Assembly (NCBI GenBank): GCA_044222475.1
Contig: JBGANF010000016.1
Span: 1-64,000 of the forward strand
Direction of reading: 5' to 3'
DNA: 64,000 nucleotides
DNA from: Polyangiaceae bacterium
GTDB lineage: Bacteria > Myxococcota_A > Polyangia > Polyangiales > Polyangiaceae
Shown: positions 21,726-31,218 of the stretch, in pieces
Layout: each line of letters starts with the position of its first letter
Numbering within the stretch: position 1 is the first letter of the stretch
Notes under the pieces: generated by a model
Told to the model about the DNA's origin: nothing
Databases searched by the model: none
Seen by the model: only the letters and a program-made list of their open reading frames with translations
Position numbers and translations under genes: made by a program

Positions 21726-23285
21726 TTAGAACGAATAGACCGTGGTGATGTGGTAGCCATCCGTGTTGAAGTTGAACGGTCCGTACGAGAAGTTCTCCAC
21801 TGTGTTGACCGGCTTCATGCGTGGCGACACCGGACTCGGCTTGAAGTTGATCGGCCGACCGTAGTGGTTGTAGGCGATCTTGTCCCACATCGAGACCGAG
21901 TTGCCGTAAGGGATTACGCTGTTGTCGGCCTGCGCGGGATCGATGTAGGTCGCTCCGGGCATTGGGTCCTTCGTATGATTCGCCGCCGTGCAGTATCCGA
22001 TGAAGTTTGGGCCGACCGGCGTGCCGGTGAGCGAGTGTCCGCAGCCATCTCCGCCGTTGGGGTATTCGTCGGGCAGCCCGAAGTAGTGATGGGACATCTC
22101 GTGCGAGACGATGTAGGGGACGTTGTTGAATCCGCCGTTGGCCCAGAAATCGTTGCGGAACGTGATCGGAAGCCCCGATGGCGGATTTGGGCCGGTCGAC
22201 TGTCCGGGCTGCTTGGTGATGACGCCGTCGACGATCTTCGCCGGCGTGCCTGGCCGTGAAACGCACGTCGTCGCATTCGGGTTCGCGGCGGCGTTGATGA
22301 AGACGACGCGGTCCGGGAGGATGCCGCCCAGGGTGGCACCGTAGAACGCCTTCAAGCCCCGGACGATCTGATCCGCCGCGGTTACCTTCTCCGGCTGGGT
22401 GTATTCGTTCGTGAACGCGAAGCAAAGAGCTTCATCGCCGCCCTCGCCGATCGTCAAATCGAAGACGCCGGCTCCACTGTAGGAGTCGACGGCGAAGTAC
22501 CACCGCGATGCGCAGGGCATGGTGATGTCGAGGAACTCTTGGTGGCTGCCCGAGTAGCCTCGGTAGTCGAACGTCGACGCGGTCGGGAAGGCGCCACACC
22601 GGGCGTAGAGATCGAAGTCCACGGCCGGGCCTTCGTAGTTGAGCGCGACGTGCAGGTGGTAGGGCTGACCGAGGAGGTCGTTGTTCGGCGGCGCCGGGTA
22701 CGAGTAGTACAGCACGTCACCGCTTCCGGTCAGGATGCCCACGTTCTTCTTCTCGACCCAGGCCTCCATCTCCCACGGACCAGGCGCCTCTTGGAGACAC
22801 GTGACGCGCGCGGTGTCGATGGTGAACTGATTGGGAAACGCTGCTGGCGCTTTCACAGTGTCCATCGTGATGTTGATCGGTATCGTCCACGGAAGAAGCG
22901 AGGCCGACGATTCGGAAGCGAAAGCAGGCGTCCAGAAGTCGCCGTTCTGGATGACTCCTGCGTAGGTCACGGTGTTGTTGAGGAGAGGAAACGAGACCGA
23001 ATCCCCGACATCGAGGTTCGTCGTCCGAAAATGGAGCGCAACGGTGCCAACCTTGCGGTTCGCGCGAATCCGCGCGTAGTAGTAGGTATTGTTCGCGATC
23101 GACGCGGCCGTATGCGTCTGATCACGCGGCAGCGCGAAGCGAAAGCCCTCGCTCCGCGTGGGTTCCCAGTACAGCGGGAGATCGCCCGGCGTGCACACCG
23201 TCGGCCCGAACGCCCGCGCGGACCTCGCCGCGACGAGGGAAACGGCGAGCACACCCAACGCAATCGCGATCGTCGATCGTCGCAT
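21726..23285 (-). CDS. Secreted zinc metallopeptidase with PPC-like domain
   Basis: Signal peptide; DFDLYARCGAFPT...D (PPC-like); HEMSHHYFGLPDEY zincin motif. Confidence 0.75.
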   Translation of the reverse strand: MRRSTIAIALGVLAVSLVAARSARAFGPTVCTPGDLPLYWEPTRSEGFRFALPRDQTHTAASIANNTYYYARIRANRKVGTVALHFRTTNLDVGDSVSFPLLNNTVTYAGVIQNGDFWTPAFASESSASLLPWTIPINITMDTVKAPAAFPNQFTIDTARVTCLQEAPGPWEMEAWVEKKNVGILTGSGDVLYYSYPAPPNNDLLGQPYHLHVALNYEGPAVDFDLYARCGAFPTASTFDYRGYSGSHQEFLDITMPCASRWYFAVDSYSGAGVFDLTIGEGGDEALCFAFTNEYTQPEKVTAADQIVRGLKAFYGATLGGILPDRVVFINAAANPNATTCVSRPGTPAKIVDGVITKQPGQSTGPNPPSGLPITFRNDFWANGGFNNVPYIVSHEMSHHYFGLPDEYPNGGDGCGHSLTGTPVGPNFIGYCTAANHTKDPMPGATYIDPAQADNSVIPYGNSVSMWDKIAYNHYGRPINFKPSPVSPRMKPVNTVENFSYGPFNFNTDGYHITTVYSF

Positions 23286-23355
23286 TTTTCTCCCCTGCGT
23301 CGTCGTCGACCTGGATCCAGACGACGAGCTCCCGTTAGGCTACCTGACGCCCTGC

Positions 23356-24018
23356 GTGAGTCAAGACCCCCTCCACAAGCGCTGCGGGAGCTGCGCCCGA
23401 TTCGTGCGCGTCGTCGAGGAAATCGACGACACCGGCGAGGTGAAGCGCAGCGGCGAGTGCCTGCTCGGAGTGTGGCCCGCGCCGCTGTACGCGACGAGCA
23501 CGTGCGGGCAGTGGGTGCAGCGCGGAGCGTTCACCTCGCGTCCGCAGCCCAAGCAGCGGATGCGCGTGCATCGCGGCTCGAGCGCTCGAAGCAGCAGCGA
23601 CGATTCTCCCGCGCGTGCCACGGGTGACGATTCTCCGATCCAGATACCAGAGGAGCTACTCGACATGGATGCCGATGAATTTCGTTCGGTCTTGAGGCAG
23701 GTGATTCGGGAAGAGCTCGCGGTGAAGCCAGTCGAGCTCGGCGGACGTTGGGTCGGTGGCGAGGTCGTCCTCAAGCCGGGCAAGGAAGGAACGGCCGAGA
23801 AGCGTGTTCCTCTGGAGACGTTCTTCCACAAGATCGTGATGGTGCGCGACCGGCTGCGCGTCCTCGAGCAGCGGATCAACGGTAGCGCCAAGCTCGACCC
23901 CGAAGAGAAAGTGCAGCTCCAGCAGTACATCACCCAGTGCTACGGCTCGCTGACGACGTTCAACGTGCTCTTCGCGGAGAAGGGCGATCAGTTCGTGGGT
24001 CAGCGGAGCGATGACTGA
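23356..24018 (+). CDS. Hypothetical protein with N-terminal four-Cys cluster
   Basis: CGSC...GEC...TCGQW, then a helical domain (FFHKIVMVRDRLRVLEQ); start uncertain. Confidence 0.7.
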   Translation: MSQDPLHKRCGSCARFVRVVEEIDDTGEVKRSGECLLGVWPAPLYATSTCGQWVQRGAFTSRPQPKQRMRVHRGSSARSSSDDSPARATGDDSPIQIPEELLDMDADEFRSVLRQVIREELAVKPVELGGRWVGGEVVLKPGKEGTAEKRVPLETFFHKIVMVRDRLRVLEQRINGSAKLDPEEKVQLQQYITQCYGSLTTFNVLFAEKGDQFVGQRSDD

Positions 24019-24085
24019 GGCTCTCGGAGGCGGAGCCGGAGAGAGCCGAAAACTCTTCCAGGGTGTCGGGGCCGGGGCCCCGACG

Positions 24086-24595
24086 ATGAGGATCCTCGCG
24101 CTGGCGTTCGCACTCACGAGCGTGGGCTGCGGGACGAAGAGCGCGCGAGTAGGCGAGACGCCGCTCGCGTCGGCGCCAATCGTCTACAAGTACGACTCGC
24201 TCGATGCGCGCCTCGTGAGCTCCGACGCGTTCATCGGCAAGCCGACGGTGATCGCATTCATCTCGACCGGCGACCTCGCGAGCCAGGCGCAGGCGAATTT
24301 TCTCCTCGCGATGGCGAAGAACGACGGCGACAAGGTGAACTACGCGCTGGTCGCGCTCCAAGACGGGACGACGCGCGAGCTCGTCGAAGGGTACCGCGAC
24401 GCGCTCCACATTCCGTTCCCCGTCGCCCTCGGCGACGCGGCGACGACGGCGGGCGGGGGCCCGTTCGGCAACGTCGCGACCGTGCCCACCGTCGTCGTGC
24501 TCGACGCGGGCGGCCACCTCGCGTGGAAGAAGGCGGGGATCCAGAAACCCGAAGACATTCGGGCCCAGATGAGCGCGACTCCGCCCCCGAAATGA
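24086..24595 (+). CDS. TlpA/thioredoxin-like lipoprotein lacking CxxC
   Basis: Lipobox SVGC; GKPTVIAF...VPTVVVLDAGG. Confidence 0.65.
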   Translation: MRILALAFALTSVGCGTKSARVGETPLASAPIVYKYDSLDARLVSSDAFIGKPTVIAFISTGDLASQAQANFLLAMAKNDGDKVNYALVALQDGTTRELVEGYRDALHIPFPVALGDAATTAGGGPFGNVATVPTVVVLDAGGHLAWKKAGIQKPEDIRAQMSATPPPK

Positions 24596-24599
24596 CGAC

Positions 24600-24629
24600 G
24601 GCGCCTGTCCCGAATTGGGACAAGCGCCG
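24600..24629. terminator. Hairpin between convergent genes whose core is the palindrome GTCCCGAATTGGGAC (24607-24621)
   Basis: GGCGC-CTGTCCC/GGGACAA-GCGCC inverted repeat. Confidence 0.5.
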
Positions 24630-24649
24630 AAGACTACTTTCGTAGTGGT

Positions 24650-26644
24650 CTAGTTGCTGGTGCCGGGGAGCGTGGCGTTCGACAGCCACTGGAAGCCGTC
24701 GATGAGGGCGGTCGAGTCGAACGCCGAGTCACCCACGTCCCAGATGACGAGGCGGATCTGGAGGATGTCGCCCGGGACGATGTTGCCCGCGGTCGTCAGC
24801 CAGTAGGTGCCGCCGCCGATGATGCACGTGCCGCTGTTGGACTTCTCGAAGCCGGTGCCGGCGAGGCCGGTGGCGCCGAGCTGGCACGACTGCGCGCTGA
24901 TGTTGCCCGTCGTCGCGCAGGGCGTGATCGTCGAGGCGGTGTCGCACACGGAGAACACGTTGGTCGCCTTCGCGATGTTGATCGCGATGGGGTACTTCAC
25001 GCCGTTCTGGGTGTAGGTCATCAGGTTCTTGTCGACCGGGTTCGGGATCGGCGCCGGCTGCCCGTTGGGCGTGTCGACGAGGGCGATGAACTGGTCGTTG
25101 AAGTTCGTGCAGACGAACTCGGGGTACTCCGCCGAGAGGAAGTACGAGTTGAACGAGAACGCCTTCGCGTTCGTCGGCGCGCGCATCGTGAGGACGAGCA
25201 TGACCGAGTCGTTCGCGCTCGCGGAGTTGTTCGCGGAGCCGCAGCCGGCAGCGGCCGGGAGCGCGTTCGCCGCCTTGAGGGCGCCGTTCGCGGTCGAGAA
25301 CCAGTCCTTCACGCAGAGCGGGTCGTTGCAGGTCGAGATGTTGACCGTGCTCGCTGGTGAGAAGGTGTTCGTGACGTTGAACCCGGTCGGTGCGCCGCCG
25401 TTCGGGCCGGGCAGCGTCTGGGTCGCGTCGGCCGCCATGCCGCTCGAGAGCACCGCGAGCGCGGCGCCGTTGAGCGGGTTGATCGAGTTGCCGAACTTCG
25501 GACGGACCGAGTGACCCTTGCGGTCACCGAGCACCGTGCCGTCCGCGCGGACGAGCTTGGCGTCGATGAGGCCCCAGGTCTTGTCCTTCTTGAGCGGCGG
25601 GGTCAGCGTCGTCGTGCGGCAGATGCCGATCGCCTTCGCGAAGTCCGGAGCGTTCGTGGTCGCGGCGGTGAGGCCGGTGTCGCACGCCTGGGTGTCTTCG
25701 GTGTCGAAGAGGTCGACCTTGGCGTTGCAGTTGTCGTCGATGCCGTTGCCGACGACTTCGATCGCGCCGGGGTTGACGAGCCGCGGCTCGGCGCCACACG
25801 CGCCGGGCTTGTCGCAGCAGTCGCCTTCGCTCTCGAGCCAACCGTCCGCGTCGCAGTCGGTGGTCTTCGAGTCGCAGGGGGTGCACGCGCCGGCGACGCA
25901 CTTGTCGGTGCCTTGGCAGACGGTGCCGCACTTGCCGCAGTTCTTCACGTCCTTCTGGGTGTCGACGCAGAGCTGACCGCACTGGGTCTCGCCCGCGCCG
26001 CACGTGCTCTTGCACGCGCCGCCGGTGCAGAACTGGCCGCTGGGGCAGGCGTTGCCGCACGTGCCGCAGTTCTTCGGGTCGTTGTTGGTGTCGACGCAGG
26101 CCTGGCCGCAGGCCTTGGTCGGCGCGGAGCACTTGGTGTCGCACGCGCCCTGGTTGCAGACGAACCCGGTGAGGCACTTGTTGCCGCACTGGCCGCAGTT
26201 GAGCGGATCGTTCGCGGTGTCGATGCACTTGTCGGTGCAGCGCGTCGTGCCGCCGTTGCAGTTCAGGTCACACTTGCCGCCGGAGCAGAACTGACCGATC
26301 GGGCACGCGGTGCCGCAGGCGCCGCAGTTGGCCGGGTCGTTGATGGTGTCGACGCACTTGTCGCCACACTTGATGCTGCCGCCGTTGCACTCGCTCGCGC
26401 TGCACTTGCCGCCGGAGCAGGCCTGCCCGGTCGGGCACTTGGTGCCGCACGTGCCGCAGTTGTTGGGATCGAACGAGGTCTGGGTGCACTGACCGGGGGT
26501 ACACTCGGTCGTGCCGCCGTTGCAGAGACCTGCGTCGGGGTTGGTGACGACGGGCTGATCGCTCCCGCCGCAGCCGGCGAAGATGGCGCTCAGGAGGAGC
26601 GCCGCGAAGGCGAACATCCCGAAGTGCCGCAAAGATATCCTCAT
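24650..26644 (-). CDS. Cys-rich repeat lipoprotein with MopE-like metal motif and choice-of-anchor-L-like C-terminal domain
   Basis: Lipobox FAGC; five CVDT..DP.NCG.CG..C-type repeats; DCDADG...NPGAIEVVGNGIDDNC; SAEYPEFV...FND; WDVGDSAFDS. Confidence 0.8.
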   Translation of the reverse strand: MRISLRHFGMFAFAALLLSAIFAGCGGSDQPVVTNPDAGLCNGGTTECTPGQCTQTSFDPNNCGTCGTKCPTGQACSGGKCSASECNGGSIKCGDKCVDTINDPANCGACGTACPIGQFCSGGKCDLNCNGGTTRCTDKCIDTANDPLNCGQCGNKCLTGFVCNQGACDTKCSAPTKACGQACVDTNNDPKNCGTCGNACPSGQFCTGGACKSTCGAGETQCGQLCVDTQKDVKNCGKCGTVCQGTDKCVAGACTPCDSKTTDCDADGWLESEGDCCDKPGACGAEPRLVNPGAIEVVGNGIDDNCNAKVDLFDTEDTQACDTGLTAATTNAPDFAKAIGICRTTTLTPPLKKDKTWGLIDAKLVRADGTVLGDRKGHSVRPKFGNSINPLNGAALAVLSSGMAADATQTLPGPNGGAPTGFNVTNTFSPASTVNISTCNDPLCVKDWFSTANGALKAANALPAAAGCGSANNSASANDSVMLVLTMRAPTNAKAFSFNSYFLSAEYPEFVCTNFNDQFIALVDTPNGQPAPIPNPVDKNLMTYTQNGVKYPIAINIAKATNVFSVCDTASTITPCATTGNISAQSCQLGATGLAGTGFEKSNSGTCIIGGGTYWLTTAGNIVPGDILQIRLVIWDVGDSAFDSTALIDGFQWLSNATLPGTSN

Positions 26645-26761
26645 GATGAAAGGCTCCCTTCTCGAGGTCGGCGCGCGTTGAAAAAGCGACGCGCCCGCCT
26701 CCATCTGCTTCCCGGCAGCGGGGGACGTCCTACCACATTTCGGTACCGGCTGGATCGGGCG

Positions 26762-27787
26762 TTACCAGGGCTGCGATCGGCCAATGAATCCATAGGGATA
26801 CGCCCAGTCGGGGGCGGACGCTTCGTCGAGCGCCTTCACGTGGTCGGGCCCGAGCTTCACGTCGAGGGCGGCGAGGTTGTCGTCCAGCTGCGCGGTGGTC
26901 CGCGCTCCGAGGATGACGCTGGACGTCTCCTTCTTCGCGATCAGCCACGCGAGGGCCGTCGCCGCGGGCGTCGCCTCGACGCTCTTCGCGGTCTTGGCGA
27001 GGAGCTCGACGAGATCGTACGTCCGCTCCGTTCCCATGCGCTTCATCGTGTCCTTCCACTCCGTGAGGCGCGCGCCGGCGGGAGGCGGCTCACCGCGCCG
27101 GTACTTGCCGCTGAGCAGACCGCTCGCGAGTGGCGACCACACGAGGACCCCGAGACCGAACGCGCGGCACGCGGGGATGACCTCGCGCTCCGCACCTCGT
27201 TCGAGGAGGTTCCACTGGAGCTGCACGGACTCGTAGCGGTGCGTCCGCAGTCGCTCGGATGCCCAGAGCGACTCGACGAGGCGGTAGCCGGTGTAGTTGG
27301 AGCAGCCGACGTAGCGAACCTTGCCTTGCGTCACGAGATCGTCGAGGGCGCGCAGCGTCTCGTCGATCCGCACCGACGTGTCTTGCATGTGCACTTGGTA
27401 GAGATCGATGACGTCGGTGCCGAGGCGCTTCAGCGACGCCTCGCACGCCGTGAGGATGTGCTGACGCGAGAGCCCCATGTCGTGCGGCCCGGGCTTCGCC
27501 GTCATGCCGAAGCCGATCGGGAAACGGCACTTGGTCGCGAGGAGCACCTTGTCGCGCTTGCCCGCGATCCACTTGCCGGTGAGCTCCTCGCTCTTGCCCT
27601 CGCTGTAGACGTTCGCCGTGTCGACGAGGTTCACGCCGCGCTCGACGGCGCGGTCGAACACGCGGCGCGCGTCGTCGTCGCTCGAGGTGACGCCCTTCAT
27701 GAACGTCCCGCTCTCGCCGAAGGTCATGGCTCCGAGGGAGAGCACGCTGACTTTGAGTCCCGATTGACCGAGGTTCCGGAGTTCCAT
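26762..27787 (-). CDS. Aldo/keto reductase
   Basis: LGAMTFG, DTANVY, SLKRLGTDVIDLYQVH, WSPLASG. Confidence 0.95.
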   Translation of the reverse strand: MELRNLGQSGLKVSVLSLGAMTFGESGTFMKGVTSSDDDARRVFDRAVERGVNLVDTANVYSEGKSEELTGKWIAGKRDKVLLATKCRFPIGFGMTAKPGPHDMGLSRQHILTACEASLKRLGTDVIDLYQVHMQDTSVRIDETLRALDDLVTQGKVRYVGCSNYTGYRLVESLWASERLRTHRYESVQLQWNLLERGAEREVIPACRAFGLGVLVWSPLASGLLSGKYRRGEPPPAGARLTEWKDTMKRMGTERTYDLVELLAKTAKSVEATPAATALAWLIAKKETSSVILGARTTAQLDDNLAALDVKLGPDHVKALDEASAPDWAYPYGFIGRSQPW

Positions 27788-27796
27788 GCGCCGAGC

Positions 27797-29755
27797 TTAC
27801 CCGGTCGAGAGCGTGATGACTCGCATCCGGCGCAGGGCCGCCATCGTGCGCATCACGTCGCTCTCCGACACCGTCGCTCCCGCCGCGCGCAGCGCGCCAA
27901 GGATGCTTCGCCACGTGCGACGGCCGTCGATGAGCTCGACCATGAGCTGCGCCCCCGGTGCGATCGAAACCCGTGACGCTCCCCAGGGCGTCGACACCTC
28001 GGCGACGAGGCCGACCGTTCCGTCGCGGACGTCCATCGTCGTCTTCGCGATCGTGCGGGGGATCAGATCGAGCGCCGCCGGAAACCGAGGGTCCTTCTCG
28101 ACCAAGACGTCGCCCACGACGCAGCAGTCGAGGCCGGTGAGGAGCAAGCACCACAGCGCGTCCTCGGGGGTCTCGACGATGGGTTCCCCCATGAGGTTGA
28201 ACGACGTGTTGAGCACGATCGGCACTCCGGTCTTCGCGTCGAAGCGTTCGATCAGGTCGCGGTAGCGGCCGTTCTCCTTCGTGACCGTCTGTACCCGACC
28301 GGTGCCGTCGACGTGCACGACCGCGGGGACGAGCGCGCGCCCGTCGGGCTTGAACGAGAGCACGCGGAGCATGTAGGGGCTCTCGAAGCCACCGCGGCTC
28401 GGCTCGAACCAGTCGCCCGCTTTCTCGAGGAGGATCGCCGGAGCGAAGGGACGGAACGCTTCGCGGTGTTTCACGCGCGCGTTGAGCGTGTCTTTCCCGT
28501 CGTCGCGCCGCGGATCGCAGAGGATGCTGCGCTGTCCCAGAGCGCGCGGTCCGAGCTCCGATCCGCCCTGGAACCAGCCGACGATCTCTCCGGCCGCGAT
28601 CCGATCGGCCGCCGCCGAGGCGACGTCGTCGACCGAGACCACGTTCAATCCGGGCAGCCGCCCGATCGTCTCCATGACCTCGGTTCGCGGGTAGCTTCGT
28701 CCGACGGCGTCCGGGCCGAGCGGCCGTCGCGCGTTCGTCCCGAGGAGGGACCAGAGGCCGTGGTACGCGCACCCGATCGCGCACCCGCTGTCCTCGGCCG
28801 AAGGGATCACGTACACGCGCTCGAAGCCCGAGGTGTTCACCAAGAGCTCGTTGGCGACGCTGTTCAGCGCGACGCCGCCCGCGTAACAGAGGCGGTCGCT
28901 CCCGGTGAGCGATCGCGCCCGCGCGGCGAGCCACGTCAGCGCCTTCTCGAGCGCGAGCTGGGCCGATGCGCAGAGATCGGCGTACTCGCGCTCGTTGGCA
29001 GGCCACCGCGCGCTCTCCGGGAACCGCGAGAGGACTCGATCCCGAAAGACGATCTCGTCGCCGACGAGGTCGAAGAACTCGGATGGGTCGATCGTCGGCT
29101 GGCCGTACGGCGCGAGGCCCATCACCTTTCCGGCCTCCGTCAGGTCGCCGAAGACGAGGTGGGCGACCGACGAGAACATGCCGCCGAGGCTCGCGAACCG
29201 AGGCATCCCGGGGCGACGCCTGCCGATGTGGTCGAGATCGAGCCACTTGCCGCCCTCGACGACGTGCTTCTCGAGCGCGCGAACGGTGGTGCCCCGTGCG
29301 TGGTACGTCGAGACGATCTCGTGCCCGGTCCTGTGTTTCGTCGCAGCCCGCTCGTCGTCGGAGAAGTCGCTGAACGGGCCCCCCATGCCGTCGACGATCA
29401 GAACCGCGGCCTCTTCGAAGCCGGAGGTCGCGAACACGCTCACGGCGTGCGCGAGGTGGTGCGAGATGGCGAGCGCCTTCGCGCTCCCGGCGCGCGCCGC
29501 GATTCCTCCGGTGTGCTTGTGGTTGCCGTCCTGGGCCGAGACGACGACGCAGTCGAGATCGGCCGGGCCGATCCCGGCGTACTCGAGGCAGTACGAAACG
29601 CAGAGGTTCTCGTTCTGCGCGGCGGTGGTTGCTCGCTTGAGCCCGAGGAGACGCTCTTCCTGGATCGCGACGACGATCTCGTCCCCGCGGAGCAGACACG
29701 CCGAGCCGTTGTGCGAGTAGCTGAGCCCGAGGATCCACGGAGCAGACCGTGTCAT
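27797..29755 (-). CDS. NodU/CmcH-family carbamoyltransferase with C-terminal winged-helix-like extension
   Basis: HNGSACL, QEER, HHLAHA, GKVMGLAPYG, GGVALN, GPRALG.RS, FRPFAP, LNTSFN; ATGA overlap. Confidence 0.9.
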   Translation of the reverse strand: MTRSAPWILGLSYSHNGSACLLRGDEIVVAIQEERLLGLKRATTAAQNENLCVSYCLEYAGIGPADLDCVVVSAQDGNHKHTGGIAARAGSAKALAISHHLAHAVSVFATSGFEEAAVLIVDGMGGPFSDFSDDERAATKHRTGHEIVSTYHARGTTVRALEKHVVEGGKWLDLDHIGRRRPGMPRFASLGGMFSSVAHLVFGDLTEAGKVMGLAPYGQPTIDPSEFFDLVGDEIVFRDRVLSRFPESARWPANEREYADLCASAQLALEKALTWLAARARSLTGSDRLCYAGGVALNSVANELLVNTSGFERVYVIPSAEDSGCAIGCAYHGLWSLLGTNARRPLGPDAVGRSYPRTEVMETIGRLPGLNVVSVDDVASAAADRIAAGEIVGWFQGGSELGPRALGQRSILCDPRRDDGKDTLNARVKHREAFRPFAPAILLEKAGDWFEPSRGGFESPYMLRVLSFKPDGRALVPAVVHVDGTGRVQTVTKENGRYRDLIERFDAKTGVPIVLNTSFNLMGEPIVETPEDALWCLLLTGLDCCVVGDVLVEKDPRFPAALDLIPRTIAKTTMDVRDGTVGLVAEVSTPWGASRVSIAPGAQLMVELIDGRRTWRSILGALRAAGATVSESDVMRTMAALRRMRVITLSTG

Positions 29756-31191
29756 CGATGGTTCCTCGCCAGGTCCGGCTTCTGCACCTTGCCCATCGCG
29801 TTCCTGGGGAGCGCGTCGTAGAAATGTACCTCTTTGGGACACTTGTACGACGCGAGCTTCTCCTTCGCGAACGCGCGCAGCGCGTCGGCGGTGAGCGGGC
29901 TCCGCGTCTCGACGCAGGCGATCACCCTGTCGCCCCAGACCGCATCCGGGACTCCGATGACGGCGACGTCCTTCACTGCGGGGTGCTCGCGCAACACCTC
30001 CTCGATCTCGAGCGCGGAGAGCTTGTAGCCACCGCTCTTGAGGATGTCGACGCTCGTGCGCCCGAGGATCTTGAAGTAGCCGCGCTCGTCGCGCGTGACC
30101 GTGTCGCCCGTCTTGAACCAGCCGCGTTCGAACGCCGCTCGAGTCGCGTCGTCGCGTTGGAAGTATCCCGGGAACACACTCGGTCCGCGGATCCAGAGCT
30201 CGCCGCTCGTCGCGTCGGCGCCCGCCTCGTCGACGATGCGGGCTTCGACCGTCGGCAGTGGGAGGCCGACGGTCCCCGCGCGGCGTTCGCCGTCCAGCGG
30301 GTTCGAGATGCCGACCCCGATCTCGGTCATGCCGAACCGCTCGAGCGGGATGACGCCGGTGATCTCGCGCCACCGCTCGGCCACGCTCACCGGTAGGGCG
30401 GCGCTCCCGCTCGTGGCGAGGCGGAGGGCTCGCGCGTTCGCCGACCAAGCGCTGCGCTGCTCGGCGCTGGCCGCGTCGAAGGCCGCGAGGATCTTCGCGT
30501 AGATCGTCGGCACCGCCATGAAGACCGTCGAGCGGCGCATGTCGTCCCAGACCCGCGCGGCGTCGAACGCGCCGTGCATGCGCACGGCCGCTCCGGCGCC
30601 GAGCGCCGAGAGCAGCGCGATGCAGAGCCCGTGCATGTGATGGAGCGGAAGCACGTGAAGGAGCACGTCGCGCGGGTTCCAGCCCCACGCGTCGCGGAGC
30701 AGCGACTGCTGCGTGGCGAGGTTCGCGTGGGTGAGGACCGCACCCTTCGGTTTGCCCGTCGTGCCGCTGGTGTAGAGCATGAGCGCCGGATCGGACTCGG
30801 CGGTGGCGACGTCGATCGCGGGCCCGCCGGGGAGCGCCGCGAGATCGAGGACGCGGGCCGCGCCCAGCTCCGTCGCGCGGGCTGCCTGGTCGGCGGTGAC
30901 GAGGATCGTGTCGATGCCGGCGTCCGTCACGAACCACCGAGACTCTGCGGCCGGGTGAAGCGGCGAGAGAACCACGCCGGTCGCCCCGCTGCGCCACACC
31001 CCGAACAGCGCACCGACGAAGGCGGCGCCGGGCGATGCGAGGAGGGCGACTCGCTGACCGCGTCGGTCACCGAGCGCGGCGGAGACCGCGGCCGCTCGCG
31101 CGACGATCTCGCCGTAGGAGTGGTCGCCGTCGTCGTCGTGGATGGCGAGTCGGTCGGGGTGCGAGGCGATCCCTGCGGTCAACGACGACAT
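29752..31191 (-). CDS. Acyl-CoA synthetase, MatB/ACSF3 (malonate-CoA ligase)-like
   Basis: YTSGTTGKPKG, LPLHHMHG, ERFGMTE, FKTGD, GKVQK. Confidence 0.85.
   Translation of the reverse strand: MSSLTAGIASHPDRLAIHDDDGDHSYGEIVARAAAVSAALGDRRGQRVALLASPGAAFVGALFGVWRSGATGVVLSPLHPAAESRWFVTDAGIDTILVTADQAARATELGAARVLDLAALPGGPAIDVATAESDPALMLYTSGTTGKPKGAVLTHANLATQQSLLRDAWGWNPRDVLLHVLPLHHMHGLCIALLSALGAGAAVRMHGAFDAARVWDDMRRSTVFMAVPTIYAKILAAFDAASAEQRSAWSANARALRLATSGSAALPVSVAERWREITGVIPLERFGMTEIGVGISNPLDGERRAGTVGLPLPTVEARIVDEAGADATSGELWIRGPSVFPGYFQRDDATRAAFERGWFKTGDTVTRDERGYFKILGRTSVDILKSGGYKLSALEIEEVLREHPAVKDVAVIGVPDAVWGDRVIACVETRSPLTADALRAFAKEKLASYKCPKEVHFYDALPRNAMGKVQKPDLARNHR
29826..29840. repeat. Dispersed palindrome copy GTACCTCTTTGGGAC
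   Basis: Strict match; codons TGT CCC AAA GAG GTA CAT. Confidence 0.7.
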
Positions 31192-31218
31192 GGCGGTCTC
31201 GTCATAGCAGCCTCGCCG

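Noticed and set aside
26730..26747. CTACCACATTTCGGTACC as another copy of the palindrome
   Set aside because: Half-site spacing is 7 rather than 5, so it was not counted
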